DNA from: the human T2T-CHM13v2.0 reference genome, Homo sapiens
DNA: 64,000 nucleotides
Strand: one strand, 5' to 3'
Assembly (NCBI RefSeq): GCF_009914755.1
Contig: NC_060944.1
In this document: positions 27,226-41,843 of the stretch, in pieces
Layout of the letters: every line of letters begins with the position of its first letter
How positions within the stretch are numbered: the stretch's first letter is position 1
Notes under the pieces: model-generated
Databases searched by the model: none
The model's input: only the letters and a program-made list of their open reading frames with translations
What the model was told of the DNA's origin: nothing
Translations under genes and position numbers: made by a program

Positions 27226-28096
27226 GGTTAAGCTTTGATGTAGATTCTCTGTCTAAAAAAAAATCCCGATGATTATCACTTACGGAGAACAGAGACTCTG
27301 AAATTGGAGATGGTTCCAAGATAACACTCAACAGCATGAGAGATAGGATGATTACATGTCCCAGTTTGCCAGACCTAAAACAGAGCTTGTTGCATGTAGT
27401 ACTCAACAAATATTTATTGAATGAATTAAAGAATTGAAATATAATGGATACCAATAAATGCATTTTCTCTCCTTTCCTCATGAAATCTTCACAGGAAAAT
27501 CAGTTAAATGGGGCAGAGTGAGTCATGGAAATCAATGAGAAGCCCTTTGTCTAATCCTAGACTCTTGGAGAAAGATGATGATGGCTGGGACAAGAGTGAT
27601 GGTAGTAGACATGGAGAGAAAGAAGCAGACAGGTTTCAAAGACAATAGGTAGGATTTGCTGATGGAATGGATATGGGGATTAAGGAGGAAGATCACAGCT
27701 AAGATTCTGGCTTCACTATTCCCTTGGAGAAGAGTAAGGAAGAGGGAGAGATTCTGAGTTTCATCTTGAACATGCTGTATTTAAGGTATAACCCAACTTT
27801 CAAAGGGGAACACACTCCCTTCAGTGCCCCATCCAATACCAAGAACATCTCTCCCTGGGTTCTGTGTATTGGCTCAGCCCTATGCCAGGGCCATGTGTGT
27901 CTGCTTGATGCCCCAAAGGGCTCCTAGCTTCTATTCCTTGGGTTCTCAGGAAGTTTCCTGTGACTCAGATGTTAATTGGCCACAGTCAGGTGGACTTTGA
28001 AGCAGCAGGTCTGCCAGAGCCCAGCAAGGCAGAACTTTCCCTTTTACCTTCACATTGTCAAACTCCTGATAAGAAGCTGTATTAGTCCATGGTGGC

Positions 28097-29042
<946 letters not shown>

Positions 29043-29782
29043 TTACATAGAAATATGAAAGGATTCCCGGCCCCTGCCCTCTCAGGGAACACTCCACTCT
29101 GACAGCACTGGCATGCACCCAACAGTCAATGTCTGCCTTCATATCCCTAAAAGAGAACAGAGAGGAAAACCCTTCTGTAAGTGGAAGGTTTTACAGTGCC
29201 AGTGAAAATTATTCAAAAAGTAATTAACATAATCAAAATCTTTGTAGGTCATGCTGAAAATGCCTTTTCTTCAAACATCAGTCTTGTTCTTGGGTCTCAT
29301 CCATTTTTTTTCTGTCCTGAATAGTGTGGAAAGTTGGCTTTCTCCAGATGGACTCGCTGACTTTTGGTGGCTGCAAATGGATTTCCCAAAGGCTGTGCAC
29401 AGTTGGTTTTCTTTCAGCTTTTCTTAACTTTCATTTATTTTTCTTCCATCCTCACCCTGGCATTAGGCCAGTGCTTTCGGGTTGAATAAATTTAAAATGC
29501 CATTTTTGATAATTGGAAAAGCCAAGCCCACCTTTGGGCCGTATCACATAATGTAAATTTTTCAGATGAAGGGATTATAGGTCATCAATCTCTCCGCTAA
29601 TACTTATCCATAAATCCATCAGACACCAGCGTATCAAGTCCTGGTTCAAGTTTTGTGCAACTCCAGGGTGCTTCCAATTATCTCAATGACTCTTTCAAAC
29701 TTCTTGAAAATTTCTCAAAACAAATCAAATTTTCATTCAGTGTCCAATTAAACATAAGTATATGTCATTCAAGACTTTGAAA

Positions 29783-30290
29783 CACGGTTTCTTAACCTGG
29801 GGTACACAGGTCTATGGATAGAATTCAGTGATCTATGAACTTGAGCAGGAAAAGAAGTTACCTCTTTTTTTCACTAATGGTCTGAAATTTAGCATTTTCT
29901 TGCATTATGAATGTAGACAACAAACCATAGTAGCAGTAGCAGAATCTGGGGCTTTCACCAATAAAATCCATGGATATTTTCATATCACCTAACAGTTGCT
30001 ACATAAATCAGATATTTTTAAATATCTACATTTAACACTACTTTGAAATCACAGTAATTATTAAACTTTCTGCTAGCTTGCTATTTAAAGTGCTAACAAA
30101 AAGCACATTTATTACAATATCACAAATTTTCTTAACATTTGGATAACTTTATTTCAGTATAATTGATTTCCTTTGGAATTCTATGTCTTTTTATACATTT
30201 AAAGACTCTTTACAGAGCAGAAGTTCAGAGGCCTCACCAAACTGATGACTGCTTGGGGGCTTATGCAGAAGAAAAAGGCTAGGAGCCCTG
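29783..30290 (+). mobile_element. Charlie4a-like hAT element
   Basis: gtttcttaacctgggg...atggatagaattcag...tgaaatttagcatt...aaggctaggagccctg. Confidence 0.7.
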
Positions 30291-30414
30291 CTTTGGAGGG
30301 GGAGAAATAGGGGAAGGAGGGAAGAAATTCAATAATCAGAGATGGAGAGCCTGAAATATGTAATTCTGTTCTGAACTTCTTAAGGGGAGGAGGCATCTGA
30401 GAAGGAAGCATTAA

Positions 30415-31075
30415 TGTTATATAGTAAAGAACTTGGCCATTCCCAATTAGAGGTCTGACCTTTGTTCCAGGCTCCTGGGGGGTAACCTCTAAACCCTTGA
30501 AATGTCCTAAATGATTGGACGGTGTTATTCGTGGTGGCCCCTCTGACCACACCTTGCTTATGCTAACAAGGTGACTCATGGTGGGCCTCTCTAGGGAGTA
30601 GGTGTTGAGGATTGAGTTCACTCTTGTGGGCCATCAACCAGTCATGCATATATAATGAAGCTCCAATAAAAACTCTGGACACCAGAGTGTCCAAAGGGCA
30701 GGTGAGCTTCCCAGGTTGGCACGGTACACCATCCACACTGTCACATCTCAATGCTGAGAAACTAGCACATCCTGAGGGCAATGAAAGCTATGCATTTGGA
30801 GCCCTTTCAGACTCCATCCTATGCATCTCTTCCTTTGGCTGATTTTAATGTATCCGTTTCCTGCAATAAACCATATCCATGATTATAATGGCTTTCAGTG
30901 AGGTGAGTCCTTCTAGAGAATTATTGAAATCTTAGGGTGGTTTTAGGAAGCCTCCCGAACTTGCAGTTGGTGTCAGAAGTGAGGTTGGTCTTAGGAGGAC
31001 TCTTTCCTCTAACTTCGTAGTTGGACCCTACCTCCTTGCAGTTGGGGTCAGAAGTCTTGGGCAGACTTGGCAGTT
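30415..31075 (+). mobile_element. ERVL LTR (MER21/MER68/MER77 group)
   Basis: ggtaacctctaaaccctt...aataaaaactctggacacc...gaacttgcagttggtgtcagaagtgag. Confidence 0.65.
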
Positions 31076-31109
31076 GGGAGATCCATGCTCTCCTACCTTT
31101 CAGTTTGGC

Positions 31110-31260
31110 TGAAAGGGGTAAATGTACATGGGAATCACCTGAGGATCCCATTAGTTATGATTCAGTATGCGTAGGGTATGGCTTGAGACACTGCAGTTCT
31201 AACAAGCAACAGGTTGTTGCGGATGCCACTGTCTCTGGACCACGCCTTGAATAGCGAGCT
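31110..31260. mobile_element. MER5-family fragment
   Basis: gaatcacctgagg...tgattcagta...ttctaacaagc...ggaccacgccttgaatagc. Confidence 0.5.
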
Positions 31261-32019
31261 GCTAAAGCACAACCAATGACATCTCTTCTCAGCTTGAGAT
31301 CCTCAGTGGGCATCAGTGACCACCAGAGACAGTACACACCTCTGAGTATGGCATTCCAGGTCCTTCAGGATCCAGCCCCTGCATTCTCTTGCAGTGTCTT
31401 CAACCCCCTTGGCCCTAGCTCTGTCTCCAGTGGTCCACCTGGAATCCAAGACCTCCATACTCACATGTCTTGTCCATCCAGTCTGCTTCTGGCCACAGCC
31501 CCATCTCTTTATGAGCCCATCCCTGCCCCTGTCCCAAAGCCAGGCCCAGCCAAAAGCATCAGCAATGGCAGGCAGCTCCAGTCTTGCCCTGACCCCTGGC
31601 CCAAGCTCTGAGAGCTGAACTGATACCAAGGTGGAAGCCCTAGGCACATCTAGCAGGGGAAAGGCCAACTCTTCATTTTCTACCTCAGTCCCTATCAGGT
31701 TATGTGAGGAGACCGATTCCTTTCTGTTCCTGGACTCCAGTTCCTTATGGACAGGGTTGAACCCTAATCTCAAAAACCTAGTGGCCTAGTCCCAGCTCCT
31801 GGAGCCTGACTTTCCTGATGCCAGCCACCTGTCCAGACTGCTGACAGACAACTGTTGCTGGGACACCTGCTGTTTTCTACCTCTTCCTCAGCCTTTGTGT
31901 GGACTTTGAGAATTCATTTTTGTATTCTACCTCAGATTAGAATTCTAACTGAGAATTCAATTTTGTATTCTACCTCATCCTCAGCCATTGTGTGGACTCT
32001 GAGAATTGCTGCCACCTCT

Positions 32020-32493
32020 TGTGGATATTTCAGATGGTGGTTCAAGAATACTCACTCTTTGCCACCCTTCTCCTTGGGAAGGACATAGTTCTCACTGATG
32101 TTCAGCTTGCTCATATGATTTGCTCTGGCCTCATGGAGGATGGAGTGTACTTTCCCTGACCCTTGGCTTCAGGCTTAGTCTCAGGACTTTCTTTGTCCAA
32201 TGGGACGTTAGCAGACATAATACAAGAAGAGGCTTGACATGTGCTTGTAGAGTTGGACTATGCACTCTTGCATTCTGGTGACCTGCAGGGAGAAGAACAC
32301 ACCCAGATAACAACTGCCCCTCCAGCCTGGGATCCAGGATGAACCCATGTGGAGCAGATCTGAGCAGATCCACATTGAGAAGTGTAGCCCAGCCAGATCC
32401 ATGGTTCAAAGCCCAACCAACATCCAGTAACCCTTAGCTATGTGACTGGGAATTTTGGGAGTGGTTTGCTATGCAGCAATAGCTGATTGATAC
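32020..32493 (+). mobile_element. MLT1H-like LTR
   Basis: ccaatgggacgttagcagaca...gaggcttgacatgtgcttg...tttgctatgcagcaatagctgattgataca. Confidence 0.7.
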
Positions 32494-32934
32494 ACTTGGG
32501 ACATGTGTGCTTATCCCATTTGACTGAACTTCCTGGGTCCCCATCTGCTCCAAGTCAGTTCTCCCAGAACCTAACCCACATCAAGAGCAAAACTTGTGCC
32601 AGTTCCCAACCTTTCTTTCCACTTTCTGTGTTCCTATTTTGCTTCTCATTTCCTGTGTAATCCTGGAGAAAAAATATTTAACTTCTGTGAACCTCACTTC
32701 TTTAGGGTTGTAGGTAATACTAGATATAGGTGTTTGTTAACTCTCTAGGACAATTCTAGGCATACAGAAGATGTTTAACAAATAGTAGTAAGTCAGCCAT
32801 TCCAGGCTAATTCCTGAGAAACAGGATGGGCACCACTCCATTGAGGTGCTAGAGAAACAACCCAAACCCTAAGCTGGAGACTAATTTTACATTTTCAACC
32901 TCCCATCCTTGGGCTTGTTTCTTGGTTCCCAGCA

Positions 32935-33125
32935 TTCTCATAGCACTTGTAGTTCCCTACTATGATGTGTCCACTCTCATTTCTGTCTTCTCTGCTAGAT
33001 TAGAGGCCCTTACAGACAGTAACTATCACTTACTCATCTCTGTATCCTCAGCCTCTGTCTAGCACAGTGCCTGGAATAGAGTGTGTGCTTAATAGATGTT
33101 TATTAAAAGAATGACTTAGTCATCC
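32935..33125 (+). mobile_element. L2 3' end
   Basis: ctcatctctgtatcctcagc..tctagcacagtgcctggaatagagtg. Confidence 0.7.
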
Positions 33126-33134
33126 AATGAATCA

Positions 33135-33366
33135 ACGAAGAAAAGGAAGAAAGAGAGGGAGGGAGAGAGAGAAAAAGGAGAGGAGGAAGAAAAAGGGAGG
33201 GAATGAGCGACAGAGGGAGGGAAGGAAGGAAGAAAGAAAGAAGGGAAAAAGGATATACAAGGATTTGGATGGATGGTTGGATGGATGGATACAGGGATGG
33301 GTGAGGATGTCTGTACCTTTCGAAGGGTAGATAACAGGTGACTGCATGGTTTATGGATGGATGAAT
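33135..33366. repeat. GA-rich / (GGAT)n low-complexity tract
   Basis: Polypurine run followed by ggatggat repeats. Confidence 0.85.
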
Positions 33367-34309
33367 GGAGCCCCTCATCCGTGGGGATGTCCAATAGCTT
33401 CACACTGGCTTCTTTTTCTATCCCCTCTAGCTCTCACTCATTCCTCTCCTGTCACAGGCAACTCCTGGGTTTAAGTGTCCTTTTGAACAAATAACAAAAC
33501 TCCAATTGGTGTGTGAGCGCTTCTAGCATTCTAATTGTGAAGCATGCTTCTGAATGACTTAGGAGCTAAGGGGAGCTTGAAAAAGCCTAAGATGCTGGGA
33601 GAAAATGAGAATCATGACATTTTGAAAAGGAAACCAATTTTCTCTAACTAAAACTGTTGCCTCTGTAAACCATATTATAAATCCAATAAATTCACATAAT
33701 GCTATGGTAAATCCCTCACAAAAGAGAGAAGGAGGGGGGAAAGAGAGAGAAAAGGATAAGAAAAATCTTACAAAGACTTCCAAAGTCACTCTTCTCTTTA
33801 AAAACAATTGCTTTGATCCTATGTTACTAACTACCTGAATTCAAATACAGGCTCCACCAATTCCAAGGAATTAACTTTGGCAAATCACTGAACCTCTCTC
33901 TGCCTCAACTCCTTCATCTATAAAATGAAGATAGTAATACCTACCTCATTACATTATTGTGAGGATTATTGAGATAATATAGGTAAAGCTCTTAGGAACC
34001 TGCCATACACATAGCAAGTTATAGGGGAAATGCACCTGAGAGCATTAAGCACACGTTTAGAATGATCCTGTATGGCAGATGCACCTGAATGTGTGTTCCA
34101 AGCTAGGAAATTTGGGAGCGGCCAACCCAGAGATTCATCCCTTGACTATGATAAGCATCTGAGCCCCCAGTCTGTCCCACGGAACACAGGCTGTACAGGG
34201 ATTGAGGCCCTGAGTTTTGGGATAAACGAAGTTTGCCAGGTAGAGGTCATTAAGGGAAGAGAGTTAACTGAAAATACTAATATATTAGCCGATTTTTTGA
34301 TAAAAGCCA

Positions 34310-34907
34310 CTTGAGGGGTAGGGGAGTGGGAAAGTGGAGGGGTGGGGAGTGGGAATTGTTAATGAGTACAAAAAAATAGTTAGAAAAAATGAATAAGGCC
34401 GGACATGGTGGCTCACACCTGTAATCCCAGCACTTTGGGAGGCCAAAGAGGGTGAATAGATTCAATCCAGGAGTTGGAGACCAGCCTGGGCAACATGGTG
34501 AGACCCTGTCTCTACTAAAAATACAAAAAAATCAGCAAGGCATGAAGGCACAGGCCTGTAATCCCAGCTGCAAGAATCACTTGAACCTGGGAGGCAGAGG
34601 TTGCAGTGAGCCGAGATCGTGCCGCTTCACTCCAGCCTGGATGACAGAGCAAGACTCTATCTCCAAACAAAAAGAATAAGACCTAGTATTTGCTAGCACG
34701 ATAGGGTGACTATAGTCAAAAATAATTTAATTGTACATTTGTAAATAACTCAAAGGGTATAATTGGATTGTTTGTAACACAAAGGATAAATGCTTGAGGG
34801 GATGGACACCCCATTTTCCCTGATGGGATTATGCATTGCATGCCTGTATCAAAACAACTCATATAATCCACAAATATACACATCTACTATGTACACACAC
34901 AAAAAAA
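34310..34907 (+). mobile_element. L1MA1-3 3' end (5'-truncated) containing an Alu
   Basis: ttaatgagtacaaaaaaatagttaga...ggattgtttgtaacacaaaggataaatgcttgagg...tgcctgtatcaaaaca. Confidence 0.85.
34397..34675 (+). mobile_element. Alu with internal deletions
   Basis: TSD gaataag. Confidence 0.9.
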
Positions 34908-36045
34908 GGTGTTTTTCCCTATCTCCTTTGAATAAAAAGCATTGTCTTTCTGATAATAGAAAGAAGGATTGAAGGAAAATGCATATAAACTGCATGTTGT
35001 TTGCAAGCAGTTGCAGTTTCCTTGCCCAGCCTGCCATCACTGGGCTGTGTGGTTATGTCGTCCAGCCCACCATCACTGGGCTGTATGTAAGGTGGCTATC
35101 TTGTCCAGCCCACCACCACTGCACCATGTGTGTATGTAAGGCAGTCTCCTCTCCAACCCACTGCCACTGGACTCTCTCCTCCGTTAGGAAGCCCCTAATA
35201 AAACCCCATGCCTCAATTGCTGGCTCTGGGTCTCTTCTTCAGCCTCTTGAACCTGGTGCCTTCCCTGAGGTTAATAGGGATTTGGCACAATATAAGTGTA
35301 TAATAAGTGTGGGCAATTCTTATTACTATTACTCCCTACACTCACAGTGGAACACAGCACCAGGACCTGGTGACCTAGGGACCATGAGTAGATCCCACAC
35401 TGCTCCAAAGACATTCGTCCTCCTCGACAGCCTCACATATCATCATTCTCTACCCTGATCACCCCTAATGATCCTGACACTAACTCCTCCCAAGTCTAAT
35501 GCCAAACATCATGTAACCCAAATGTGGATGTGGGCCATGTGGGCAAGGCTTCATACAGCATTATATTGTGAGAAAGAGCCAACACCCAAAAGTAATTCAA
35601 AATAATTGAAATATTACTTGGTATTTCAAAGAAATGTCAAAGGGAGAAGTACATTCTGAACACACAACCATAAACATCTTTAAAATTTTTCCTATCACTG
35701 CTGCTTTCAATATTCCACACACAGCATTTACCCAAAACTCCCTCTCTCCTTCACCCACCCTCAATGCCGGACCATGAAGTTCTTCTATTTCTCACCCCCT
35801 TCATCTCTTCCCATATTTGTTCTTCATTGGGTAGATCAACTTAACCTTCTCACATCTTAGTGCTTCTCTCCATTTCTACCTGGATTACCTGGATTCTAAA
35901 TAACAAAGGTAAACCCAGGAGCTGACCAAGTAGACCAGAATTCTTCCCCATAGAATCAGGGAAGATGTTAAAAATACTCATTCTTAATTTTTGTCCCTGC
36001 TAAACCAAGTTATCTGAAATCTCCATGCCTTTGCTCAAGCTATAA

Positions 36046-36389
<344 letters not shown>

Positions 36390-37057
36390 TTAAGAAGCCT
36401 TTGGTAGGCCAGTCTCTCTGCTCTGAGAGCTGGGAGTGGCTGGGAGTGACTTGGAGATGCAGAAGAGGCAGAGGCTGGAAGTCTGAGGTCTAGTTTTGGT
36501 AGCTGGCTCACCTCCAGTCTGATTTGGAAATGCAGAATGTGTTCCCACAAAGCCTGAATGACCACTGGCCTGGTATGTGGTCCAGGGGACATAATGTCGA
36601 GTAGAGAGTTGGACTAGCTGACCCCCAAAAAATCAGATTCTGTGGTATTCGTGACAGAACAATTCCATTGCAGGAGAAACAGGCCAACATTGGCAGAAGA
36701 GTTGGCCATAGCCACCAGTTGCCCCTGTGGTCCTTATGAGGCAAGCAGCTCAGATTTGGAGGGTAATGCAAGCTCCTCCAGACCAGCAGGTCCATGGTGG
36801 CCTCTCTACAGCCCCATTTCCACCACTGCTCCCCATCCCACAAAGTGTGGAGCATGGAGCCCCTAGACCAGACACCTTTGGAAGAACACCTTGAAAAATC
36901 TCATCTTTCACACAGCAGTTTATCATTTTCAATGAATTGTTACCATTGTCCTCACCACCGCCTGAGACCAACAGGAGCAGAATCTCAGCTCTGACCCTAA
37001 CTCCATGTGACTTTGAGTGTGCCACTTCTCCTCTCTGGGGCTCAGTTTTCTTGGGAG

Positions 37058-37500
37058 TTTATCAGTCAGGATAAACTAAGTGCTATGCTATGTAACAAAC
37101 AAGCTCAAAAATCGATGCCTTTATACTGCAAGCATTGATTTATTGCTCATGATAAATAATCAAAGTGAGCCTGTGAGAGGCTGTGCTCTACATAGTCACA
37201 TGGGCAGCCACAGTCTCCTCCACCTTGCAGCTGCAACACCTGGAATGTAAGGCTTCCATATTCACATGGCAAGGGAAGAACTGCATTAGACTGGAATTCT
37301 AACTATCTGAGAAGTGACACGCATGAGCCCTACTCATATTTTTTTAGCCAGAACTAGGCACCTTGGTGCCGCCTACCTCTGATAACAGAAAGAAAGAAAG
37401 AAACTGCAATATAAATTGCATGCTGTTTGCAAGAGCAAACAGGGAGCCAAGAAACATAAGACAACATATGGAATATCTGCGTAGTAATACCATCTCTGCC
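37058..37500 (-). mobile_element. MLT1K-like LTR carrying a 56-bp insert
   Basis: tcagtcaggataaactaag..tgtaacaaacaa...gaagtgacacgcat...gccagaactag. Confidence 0.6.
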
Positions 37501-37589
37501 ACAAGGTGTGATAATACTTCTATTACTAGGTGACTAGAAGGATTAGGTGAACAATCGTTTTGCAAAAAGGCTTTCAACATTTAAACCTC

Positions 37590-38260
37590 AGAAAATATTT
37601 ATTGTGCAGCTACTGTCTCCTAGGTCTTGTGCTTAGTGCCAGGAACACAACAGTCATCCTATCCTCGTGGAGCTTACTGTCTTGTGTATGAGGCAGACAA
37701 AAAATCACCTAATTGCACCAATAAGAGTGTCACTAAATACTGCAACAGATGCTCTAAAGAGAGATGTGTGGTGATATAATATGACAGAGAGCCTTAATTC
37801 ATCCGAGCAGTCCAGGAAGACCTCTCTTGAGCTAAGATCTGAAGGATGGGCAAGGAGTAAGTAGATGAGCAGTTAAAAAGAAGGCAGCCAGATGTGGTGT
37901 GCACCTGTAATCCCAGCTATACAGGAGGCTGTGACAGAAGAATTGCTCGAGCCCAGGAGTTCAAGTCCAGCCTGTGCAACATAGCAATACTCTCACGTCG
38001 AAAAAAAAAAGAGAGAGAGAGAGAGACAGAGACAGAGAGAGAAGGTGGTGCAGAGTGTTGTTGGCAGATGAAACAATATAGACAAAGGTCCAGTGGCAGG
38101 AAAGGCACAGCATGTTTGAAGGACTGAGAAAAAGCTGGAGAGGCTTGGGTACAGAGACCAATGCACAGCTTGGAATGAGAGGTGGTCAAGTTCAACAGAG
38201 ACCCAACCTTGTGGGCTGAAACAGGATTTATTTGTCCTTTATCACCAAAGCAAACTGAGG
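37590..38260 (-). mobile_element. L2 fragment with FLAM monomer at ~37887-38010
   Basis: aaatatttattgtgcagctactg...gagctaagatctgaaggatg...gtttgaaggactgagaaaaagctgg. Confidence 0.7.
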
Positions 38261-39539
38261 CAACATGGTTATTATGGTCACCATTCCCACTTTGAAGAAG
38301 TGTAAATTGATACCCTGAGCAGCCAGGAGACCCATCTAGAGTCAGGAGAGGAGGTGATATTCTGACTCACCCTAACCACTGTGTGGCCACCTCCAAAAGC
38401 CTCAGGACAATTCAGGACCAAGAACATTCTCTCCCACCACAAGAAGAAACATTTCCTTCCTGGAGTAGGTTCCACATCCCATCCAGTGATGTGTGTAAAC
38501 TCACAACATTAGCCTGCGCTGGGCCAGCCCCATGGGCCAGGACAGGTTGAGGCCAAGAGATGGGGATAGAGATGACTGGGGATAGAGACCCCAGTCACTT
38601 TCTTTTCATCTCAGCAGTACCATTATTTTATCATGTGACTTTGCGCAAGCAATTTCCCCTTCCCAGCCCTCAGTTTCTCCATCTCTGAAATGCAGGCATT
38701 GAACCAGATGGTCTCTGAAGTCCCAGCAACAGGAGTTTTAGGTGTATTTTCCGGCTGAGTAATGAAGGGGGAAAGTGAGTAGACTCCAAACCAGTCTTTA
38801 TCTGGAGAACTGCAATTTGCCAAACAAGAAAATCAAGGGGAAATTGCAAAGATGATGAGGGATGGACCTTTTTTAGGAACAACAACCTAATCACAAGTCA
38901 CTGCTAGAGAAGAAATGTCACAAAAACCTTGATTTGCAGCTTTAGGGAGCAGCGTGCCATGGGATACAGGCAATTAACAACGTGAGAAGCTTCCCCAAGG
39001 CTCAGATGAATCATGAACGGCAGTGTTGATGGGCTGGAAAGGATGCCAAACAGCACATGATCAAAATCCTAGCCTAATTCATGAAGTCCTGTGGAGCTGT
39101 CCTACCAAGCAGTCATCCTGCATCTGCCTAGACAACCCATGTGATGGGGACCTTTATACCTACTCCCCTTTTGCACAGTGCCCAACAGAGTGCATGGCAC
39201 ACAGCAAGAGCTCAACACATATGTTTGAACGAATGAACTAATTAATCAATAGCTGCAGTGATGTCCCTATATCTCTCCTGGTACTTTTATCTGTGGGTTC
39301 TAGTGCTACTCTCTAGTGCTACTCTAGAGCACCTCTGTTCTCGTGACTGCCTGTCTCAGGAAGAGATCCCCAAAAGTAGACATTTATTTTGGAGGTGTTT
39401 TTAGGAACCCCTGTTGAGGCGGAGGAACTAAGACAGGTTAGCAACAGAAGCCAACAAGGGATGTGTTAATGAAAAGGCTACCACTGTGGGCAACTGTAGC
39501 TCAATCCTTCTGGAAAACCTCTGGGAGATGATATAGAAT

Positions 39540-40156
<617 letters not shown>

Positions 40157-41389
40157 CATAGACGATACCTTAGAGTTATCCCACCCAAGGGGTGAGGAAG
40201 CTGGGTTTTTACCCACCCATTTATACCCATCATTGGTTGAGTACTGCTCCCAGGGGTATAAAATCCTTAGTATTTCAACCTGGCCCATGCACCAGTGAGC
40301 TTCTGCAGCCAGAGAAAACCCTCAGCCAGAGTTGCAAGAACTTGTCATAGGAACATGTTCAGGAATGAAGAGTGCAGGGCGATGTGGGCAGAGCACTGCT
40401 ACCCTGCCCAACAAAAATCTGATGGCCATATCTATGTCCTGCCCTCATGTCCCAGCCTCTCCTATCCAAAGTGAATGGCCCAATTTCTTTCTACAAGTCC
40501 TTCTCATAAAATTTGCTCTCTGTCCCCTCAGCTTCTGGACTGCCTTCTCCAAACACATACCAGTTGGTCACTGTCCTTTTTACAGGGTGCTGGTTGAGAT
40601 GGTCTATCCATTCACGGGCTTCTTAGCCCTCCCGAGCCAAGGACCCCTTACAGATTCTGGTAACTTCAGGGAACTTCTCCCCTGAAGGAAATTCTTTTTA
40701 GGCCATGTGCACCATTCTCGCAAAATTTTGCATTGCACTTTCAAAGGGTTCACAACCCCAGTGTCCATACATAGGCCTTTCCAAAGGTCAGTGAACCCAA
40801 GATTGAAAACCCCAGCTCTAATGCTTGTCTGACTCCTTTTATTCCTCCACTACATATGTTCACATCTTTCTTTCTGAATGCTTTCAATTTTCTCAGCAGA
40901 AAAGGAACGTAGTTCCTAAAGCTGCAAGTGGAGGCAGGCACCCCAGAGTGATCTGCTGGCCATAGATAAGGAGTTGCTGAGCGCTTGGGGTTACCCCCCA
41001 CGCCAATCCCCATTGACTCACTGGCTCCTAATAAACAGCTGATTTGTGAAGATGAGCCTCACAGGCAACCAGGATATCAAGGCAGAGAATCCTCTGCCCA
41101 CAGGGCACAGAATGATAAAGCCAGAAGAGGCCAAGGACATCAGCATATGTTATGCATGCCAGCAAAGTTGAGCTTACACGGCATGTCATTGATCCTTGAA
41201 ATAACTCAGTGAGGTATGTGGGGCTCTCATCTTCATTCCACAGATGACACTGGAATCAAGATAGAGACAGTACAACTCAGAGGAGAGGAGTTTGCCCAAG
41301 AACACATAGGTAGCAAGAAGGGAAGCCAGGACTTGAACTAACATCCTCTGAGTCCCAGCCCTATATCCCTTTATCCCCATCAAGTTGCT

Positions 41390-41843
41390 CCTACTGGAGG
41401 AAACTGCTGGCTGTCCACCCAAGTCCAGCTCCTCTTACTCCACAGTAGCTGTGACTGGGACATGGCTGTTTTGCCAGGAACAGCAGTCCCAGCTTCTCTG
41501 CAGGCCAGGGATGGGGTATGAGTGGACACAACACGTGCCATTTCTGTCTCACTTGTTTACGAAAACATGTATGGTCTTTACGGCCCTGAGTTTGCACATT
41601 TTTCTCCTCCTACTGACAGGATGGCAATAATAAAAGTGACCTTGGAAGCCACATAAACATGGCCGAGTCATTAATTAATAAGACTGGGATCCTGAACATC
41701 CATGTGGAGCAAAACTACCTGCTGACCTGGAACATCCCACCTCTGACTGTTATGTGGGAGACAATTGACTTCTTTGTTCTTTAAGCTACAGTATTTGGGA
41801 GTCTTTTGTTCTAGCAGCTGAGCCTTTTACCCTAACTAATACA
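41390..41843 (+). mobile_element. MLT1 (J/I-like) LTR
   Basis: gaccttggaagccaca...catgtggagcaaaacta...tttaagctacagtatttggg...cctaactaataca. Confidence 0.55.

Larger units (their letters stand above)
34018..35292 (+). mobile_element. LTR32-like ERVL LTR, split by an L1MA insertion
   Basis: gaatgatcctgtatggcagatgcacctgaatgtgtgttcc; resumes at 34975 gaaaatgcatataaactgcatg; ends ggcacaata. Confidence 0.7.

Noticed and set aside
35020-35175. Four ~38-bp repeats (ccagcccaccaccactg)
   Set aside because: Internal to the LTR32-like element; probably a family-level repeat
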